From assembly GCF_009914755.1 (NCBI RefSeq), contig NC_060928.1: DNA of 64,000 nt. The stretch is one strand, 5' to 3'. The notes under the pieces are model-generated. The model searched no databases. It was given only the letters and a program-made list of their open reading frames with translations, and was not told the DNA's origin. The position numbers and the translations under genes were made by a program. Position 1 is the first letter of the stretch; the number at the start of each line of letters is the position of its first letter. Shown piece after piece: positions 54,441-64,000 of this stretch. Source of the stretch: the human T2T-CHM13v2.0 reference genome, Homo sapiens.

Positions 54441-57079
54441 TGAGGGTAGATCGCACCAAGAGTCTTTCTCTATTCATGGTGAAATGGACAGACCCATGGC
54501 AGGTACTTAAACCCTGGGAGGTTTTTAGTACTGGCTCTTAAAGCCACCTTCTTCCTCCCTCTCATGTACATTTCTAAGGTACTTCCTGGGTCTACAACAG
54601 GACAGGGCTTTCCAAAAGACAACTGTTAACCAAAAGACAACTGTCAACATCATAGTAACTTAGGGAATGATGCACAAAGAAACAGTAAATACTCTCTTTG
54701 CTGTTGGGAGAGTTTTCCCCCTCCACCCCATAACTCTTGATCTCTTGGGTTATTTTTCACTCTCAATTGACAAGACTTCCTGGGTTGCTTTTATCACCGT
54801 ACTGTAAGTAACTTGACTGAGGTCCTGCTCTGTAACAGGCATGCTAGCTCATGTAAGCATTGCAAAACTCTGGGAAGTCCTATAGGTGGAGAGACTGGAC
54901 TCTTGCTGAAGGTCATAAAACTACTAAGGTACACATCTAAGACCTTTTTAACTTTCAGCCTGAAAAATTTCTTTCAAAGTAAAAACTGCGTTGTCACTTT
55001 GTGATGCCAAAGAACCCTTCCATCTATGTTACCCCATATCTTGATAAACTGGTAAAAAAAAAAAAAAAAAGTGGAATGCATGAACTGTGTGCAACAGTCA
55101 GTCAACTTGGTGGCATCCTTAAGGTGCCCTGCTCGGTGAAATGGCGGCGGTGGGGGATGCACATCTACTTCTATTAACACTGGGAGTTCAACTGGGCTCT
55201 CTGCATCTTCCCAGGTGCTGCTTCCTGCTGCTTTTTACTTCTGCTAGACTCTGACCACTCTGGTTGTTTGGGTGGGGTATATCCCATCACATGGATAGGC
55301 CATGAAAAAACCTCAACCCCCAAGGCCTGGTACTCAAGGAGAAATACTAGACGAACATTAGATGGTTTAAAGCTAACAGGGACTGAAACCAGTTAAAAGA
55401 GGGAATCAGACATAAGTTGCAAACTGATAGAACAATGATCTGCTGGGGCACATGAGGTTCATGCCTCCCGACATGCTGATGAGCCCCGGTTATGAGCTGG
55501 GCACCACAACTGATGGTCTTTTATGAAGGAGTGCTCTTTACACCAAACTTTATCTCATTTTGGTTGTCCCTTTCTAGCCCTTGCTTAGTTCAAAATGTAG
55601 TACATCTGCTGTGCTCATCCAGCTTCATCTACTGCTGAGTTGGCTGTGTCCACGCTCAATCTGTCTGCTCTGGTTTCATGATGGTCACTAGCATTCACTT
55701 TCCCTGCAAGGCCTACTCGCCGGCTTTCCTAATAGTACACTCTCTTGGCACGATCCTGGGAACTTCACGTACAGTTGTTACCCTCAAAGCCATTGCTACC
55801 TGCTAGGGTCTTGGTTCAATTGGCCTCATCTCTCACTCATTCTTGGTTCCTGGAAACCTGGTACAGACAGATCCTAGTATTCTAAAGATCTCAAAATTTA
55901 AAAATCATTGTGACATGAATTTGAAGTCAAAACCCAGGCAATTTAAGTGGAAATAAGCATTCTTCAGGTTAGTCAAAGTGCTTAGCACTTTGTATATTAA
56001 AGTGTATCCTGAGCCACACATTTGCTAGAAGGTAAGAAGAAAAATTGGACTCTAGAATCAATTGCCTTTCTCTTTTCCTTTGAAAAGTTAAAATTTTTAA
56101 TGAAAGAAGTTGTGTGGGTACAATGTAAGCTTTTATCATCTTGCATGTGTCCTCTGAGAGGTTCACATTTTTGAGGCCTTGTCTCATGGAAACTGGGAAA
56201 TGAGCTTCTGGAATTCAGACCCAGGATCTGGCTGCATTCCAGAAATAAATATACATGTTGGGCGTTGAGATAGACAATTAAAAGAATAGGAGAGTGTGCA
56301 AACTTTTGAGAATGAGAAGGCAGAAAATAGACTCTTTTCTCTCATGCTTTGCTTTTGCTTTTGTTTATTTTTTATATTTTTACTTTTGAGTATCAGCTAG
56401 TGAGTAGCAGGGCAAAAACAAGGCAGCCATTGATCTAAGTGTAAGGCAGCAGGAGGAAGGTTAAGAGAATGAGTGTTATTCTTTAGGACTACATTCATAG
56501 TTGCATGGTGTTGCTCTTGGCTCAAAGTCTACAATTAAATCAGTTGTTGGCACTCCCTTGAAAGCATTACTATCACAGTTTCCCCTACATATGTAAGTCA
56601 ATAAATTTGACCTTTAAGAAGGACAGTTGGTGTAGACCCCCTCCACTGGGCCAACACATATTGCAAATTTCTGAACTCAGGCCCTGCAAAGTACTACTGC
56701 CACCTTGCTTCTTTAACAGAGAAGGCAAAATAAACAGAGGAGGATTCCATGGTATAAAAAAGAAAAAAATACATTATTTATATTTAAATAAATAAAATTA
56801 TTTATAGAGCATTATTTATATGTGTCAGTCTGCTGTGGGTCAGGTACTATGTTAGATTCTTTTATTTATTATTTTGTGGAATGAGATTTGTTTTTATATA
56901 TGAGGAAAGAGGTTTTTCATAAAAGATGGAGCCAAGATTTAAAGCTAACTCATTTCATTCATTAGTTATCATATTTAGTCAACACATCATTTATTGAGTG
57001 CCTAAAATCTGACAGCACTGGGAAACAACAGAAGATGAGGTCACTGCACCCTAAAGGAGCATGTTCTCGTTTTTTCTTC

Positions 57080-57495
57080 TTATACCACTGCAACTGACCC
57101 GTCCACATTTCCTCACCTTCATTTCTGTGTGCATTGGCTGGACTTCCAGCTGTCAGCATCTGCAATTCTTTGCTTGGAAGCCCTTTGCCACAGTAATGAC
57201 ACCAAGAGCAACCCTCCATGACCAACTGGAGTTGGTACGTAAGCAGCTTAGTTCTTTCATCTCTCAGATGGGATGACTCTAAGGTGTATGTTTTCCACTA
57301 GCACCTAGAATTTCTTCAGAATCCAACTCCAGTTGCCCACAGTTGTAGCTGGCTTGATCAAACATCTATGTCAGCTGCCTTCCCTTTTCTACCTCATGTT
57401 CCCACTTCCTTGTCAGCTTTCTTTACCCCCAGGTAAACTACTTGCATTTGAAGTCTTGTCTCAGGGTCTGTTTCTGAGGAAATCCAAACTAAGAT
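57080..57495 (+). mobile_element. LTR16-like ERVL LTR
   Basis: End AAACTACTTGCATTTGAAGTCTTGTCTCAGGGTCTGTTTCTGAGGAAATCCAAACTAAGA typical of LTR16. Confidence 0.65.
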
Positions 57496-59009
57496 GACCA
57501 CCATTTAGAGAATGCTTACTAAGGGATAGCCAGACCCTAAAGACTAATGTAGATCTATCTGTTTCCAAAATCTGTGATCTTTGGAGCATTGCACTGTACT
57601 ATGGAATTCAAGCGGAAGGAATCCCATAGAATCTTACACTTAATCTTTTCTTGGGTACTAAGGAAAGTGGAAATCCATCCCTAGACAGGATATTTTGTAG
57701 TTCTCTCTTTCGGTCTTCACCCTCTCATGGGATGGGTGTGTTTTCTCTTTTCTCCACAGAATTGACTGAAAAGTCTCATTCTGCTTTTATCATCACTTCA
57801 TTTCTCTGAATGAATCAAGCATCTCTGAATGAAATCAAGATTTTCTCCCTCCCGTCTGAGAGTAGGATCCACTCTCTTGTTCTATAGGTTCTCTTTTGTT
57901 CTATAGGTTAAGGGTTAAGGAAAATGTGACCCCCTTGAACAGAATAGATAGAGAAAATTATTCATTTGGGGATCTCTGAGGAGAGAAATTCTTTTCTAGA
58001 ATTTTATTTATATTGCTTCTTTTCTTACTCAACTTATACTACAACATAGACTAAAAAGAAAAGTGGATACATAACTGTTTTTTTAAGTCCAGAATATTTG
58101 ACAATATAATGTGGTAATGGTGTGAAGTTTTACACCTAAGCAGGCAATAGAATATGACACAGTTTCCGACCTACCCTGCCCTTGAAATAACAGAATAACT
58201 TTTTAACACTAACATGCGTTTCCTTGAATAACTTGTACCTCTGCCAAATTCCACACAAGAAGCTTCTTTTCTTCAGGGGCTGCTTCCCCACAATGTGAAT
58301 ATTCTTTGACTCACTATGTTGTCCATTTCCAATTTCCTTGTTTTTTGCTTGAGTTCACTGAAGACTGACAAACAGTAGCTTCACGTGACAGCCATTAGTC
58401 TGCTTTAAACCTCAGCTTGATCTTGAATGGATAGAATAATGAATAGATTTTGTGTCATATAATTCATGTTGTCAGTTATATGAAATTGGCAGTTAAAGAG
58501 AAACTAAATATGCTTCCAGTCCTCTCTTTTCTAAATTCATATTTGAATATAATAATGTGAAAGGCATTGTTCCTTCTTTTAGTTAAAGCATTTTTGTAGC
58601 AGTCTGAACTGTGAATAATAGAGAAACATATGCTCTATTAAAAAATAGAAGGTGAGGAAGATAAGTGTTTTACTCTTTGTATTAAGAATTAACAAGTGGT
58701 TTTAAAAATTGAGCTTGTATGTGTGTGTGAGCACAGGGAGGGGTATTTCATCATAATGAGGGAGGCCTTGGCAACTTAGTGTTCGTTTTAACTCCATTGA
58801 TTGCCGAACACATTCATGCCTGCTCTAGCTCCAGGGAGGCTGTGGAACAGGAAATAAGAGATTCAAAAAGCAGCACAGAAGAAAATCATCTCCTCTCCTT
58901 CCATCTCCCAAGCAGAGAAAAATATGCTTTCTTTTTTGTCAAAATTGCTTGGTTTGTCCTATTATGCTGTCATTTCAGAGAGATTAAAAGTATACTTTTT
59001 CATACATTG

Positions 59010-60440
59010 CAAGTGGGAATGTAAAATGGTGCAGCCACTTTGGAGAAACAGATGGCCATTTCTTAAAATATTAAACATAGAGTTACCATATCACCCAACA
59101 GTTCTACTCTGAAGTATATACCCAGCAGAAATAAAAACATATATCTGTACAGAGACTCATACTCAAATGTTCATAGCCTCATTGTTCACAATTTTTCATA
59201 AATAGAAAAAATCCAAATGCCCATCAACTGAATAAACAAAATGTGGTATAGCCATATAATGGAATACTATTTGGCAATAAGAAGGAACTGAGTTACAACA
59301 TGTATGAACTTTGAAAATATTATGCTCAGTGAAAGACACCAGACACAAAGGAACATATTTAACTCCACATATATGAGATACCCAGAAAAGGCAATTCTAA
59401 AGGGACAGAAAGTAGATGAAAGATTGCCTAAGGCTATGGATAGGAATAGAGAGTGACTATAAATGGGTACAAGGTTTCTTTTTGAAATAATGGAAATGTT
59501 CTGAAACTAGGTGTTCTGAAAGTAGATAGTTGCCAACTCTGTAAATATAGTAAAAATCAATGAATCATAAAGAAAAACACTACTTCTATTCTGGTAACAA
59601 AAATTAGAAGAACAAAAAAAGACAGAAATTATAGTAAACCACAAAGTAAATTATTACCCACCATGTTAACCATTTAGTATTGATTTTTTTTTTTTTGAGA
59701 TGGAGTTTAGATCTTTTGCACAGGCTGGAGTGAAGTGGCACAATCTTGGCTCACAGCAACCTCTGCCCCTGGGTTCACGCCATTCTCCTGCCTCAGCCTC
59801 CTGAGTAGCTGGGATTACAGGCACCTGCCACCATGCCTGGCTAATTTTTGTATTTTTAGTAAAGATGGGGCTTCGCCATGTTGGCCAGACTGGTCTTGAA
59901 CTCCTGACCTCAGATGATCCACCTGCCTCAGCCTCCCAAAGTGCTGGGATTACAGATGTGAGCCACTGCACTCAGCCAGTATTGATTTAATTAACTGAAA
60001 TTTAATATAGTAGAGGAAAATAACCAAAATGAAGCTCTAAAGCATGTCACAGAGTCCTAATTATTCAAAGAATCATAAAGATGTGATTTACACCATTCAA
60101 TAAACTGCAAAAAATTTGTGCAGAATCAAAGAAAGCAGGCACAACAACGTATATTCTTAATTATTTCATTTATATAAATTTTTAAAACCAGTCATTGGTG
60201 AAAGAAATCAGACCAATCATTGCCTCTGTGGTTGGAGACTGACTAGGGCACAAGGGATGATGTGCGCTAGTGCCCTTTTGATGCATGAAAGTTGTAAATT
60301 TCTGGGATGATGGAAATGTTCTATATCTTAATAGTGATATGTGCTATGTGGATATATGCATTTGTCAAAAACTCATTGAACTGTTTCCTTAAGATCTGCA
60401 CATTTTACTGCACGTAAGTCATGCCTTAAATAAAATCTGA
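59010..60440 (+). mobile_element. Old L1MB/L1ME 3' fragments
   Basis: GGGAATGTAAAATGGTGCAGCCACTTTGG..., GATGGAAATGTTCTATATCTT; interrupted by an Alu. Confidence 0.7.
59684..59977 (-). mobile_element. AluS
   Basis: Dimeric Alu; TSD AGTATTGATTT. Confidence 0.92.
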
Positions 60441-60567
60441 TACCTTAAATAAAGTGAGAGACAGGAAGAAATTGGCTATTGGAAGCACAAAACAAAATTG
60501 AAAGTTTAGAAATGGACCCATTAGATATATAATAATTTAGTATAGGATGAAAGAAGAATTTTTAAAG

Positions 60568-60730
60568 GTTTTTTTAGAAACAGAGTCTCACTATGTTGCC
60601 CAGGCTAGAGTACAGAGGTTATTCCCAGGCACAATAATGGTACACTGCAGCCTCGAACTCTTGGGCTCAAGCCATCCTCCTGCCTCAGCCTCCGAGTAGC
60701 TGGGACTATAGGCGTGCGCCACCATGTCTA
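60568..60730 (-). mobile_element. Alu monomer (FRAM/FAM-like)
   Basis: Single old Alu monomer. Confidence 0.75.
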
Positions 60731-60929
60731 GCAGAAATTTTAAATCAGTGAGGGCAAAAAGGGATTTTTAAATAACAATACTGGGATCAGGAAAGATAAA
60801 AGCTGGAGTCATTTCATTCCTAACACCAAAATTAGGTCAGATGAATAAAAGATTCAGATAGAAAAAGTGAAATAAGTTTACTTCAGATATTTATGTATTG
60901 TTTGGAGACTTTTATAGCAAATACATTTT

Positions 60930-64000
<3,071 letters not shown>

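Noticed and set aside
55053-55870. Possible processed pseudogene next to the A-run at 55054-55070
   Set aside because: No recognisable protein in any frame and no TSD; left unclassified (unique DNA or old repeat). BLAST/Dfam would settle it.
54612-57910. Short imperfect tandem duplications (CCAAAAGACAACTGT at ~54612, TCTCTGAATGAA(A)TCAAG at ~57803, TTGTTCTATAGGTT at ~57877; similar ones at ~6227 and ~15308)
   Set aside because: Ordinary two-copy slippage products with no higher-order structure.

Overview
Human (or very close great-ape) genomic DNA, recognisable from its encoded proteins as the head-to-head CCDC158 / SHROOM3 locus (chr4q21.1 from memory). On the minus strand are the 5' exons of CCDC158: a CpG-island first exon near 29.8 kb, a 43-nt UTR exon at 20816-20858, and coding exons 11864-11933 and 4993-5210. 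On the plus strand are SHROOM3 exon 1 (CDS 44780-44947, start of the PDZ domain) and about 19 kb of intron 1. The rest is mostly interspersed repeats: ~27 Alus, several L1s, a full-length SVA, a two-LTR THE1A element with a nested LTR13, other LTR and DNA-transposon relics, and an RPL36A processed pseudogene. Nearly all ORF-track entries are repeat-derived noise. I see no evidence of a new gene family or biological system. The best sequence-level observations are: an L1 with a short 3' transduction; three short segments apparently copied from 1.4-2.3 kb away, plus fold-back scars; an Alu inserted in a CCDC158 branch-point region; a uORF whose stop overlaps the SHROOM3 start; and a near-TCF/LEF site where I recall the kidney-disease SNP rs17319721. 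Repeat subfamily names and boundaries are by eye and need RepeatMasker confirmation.
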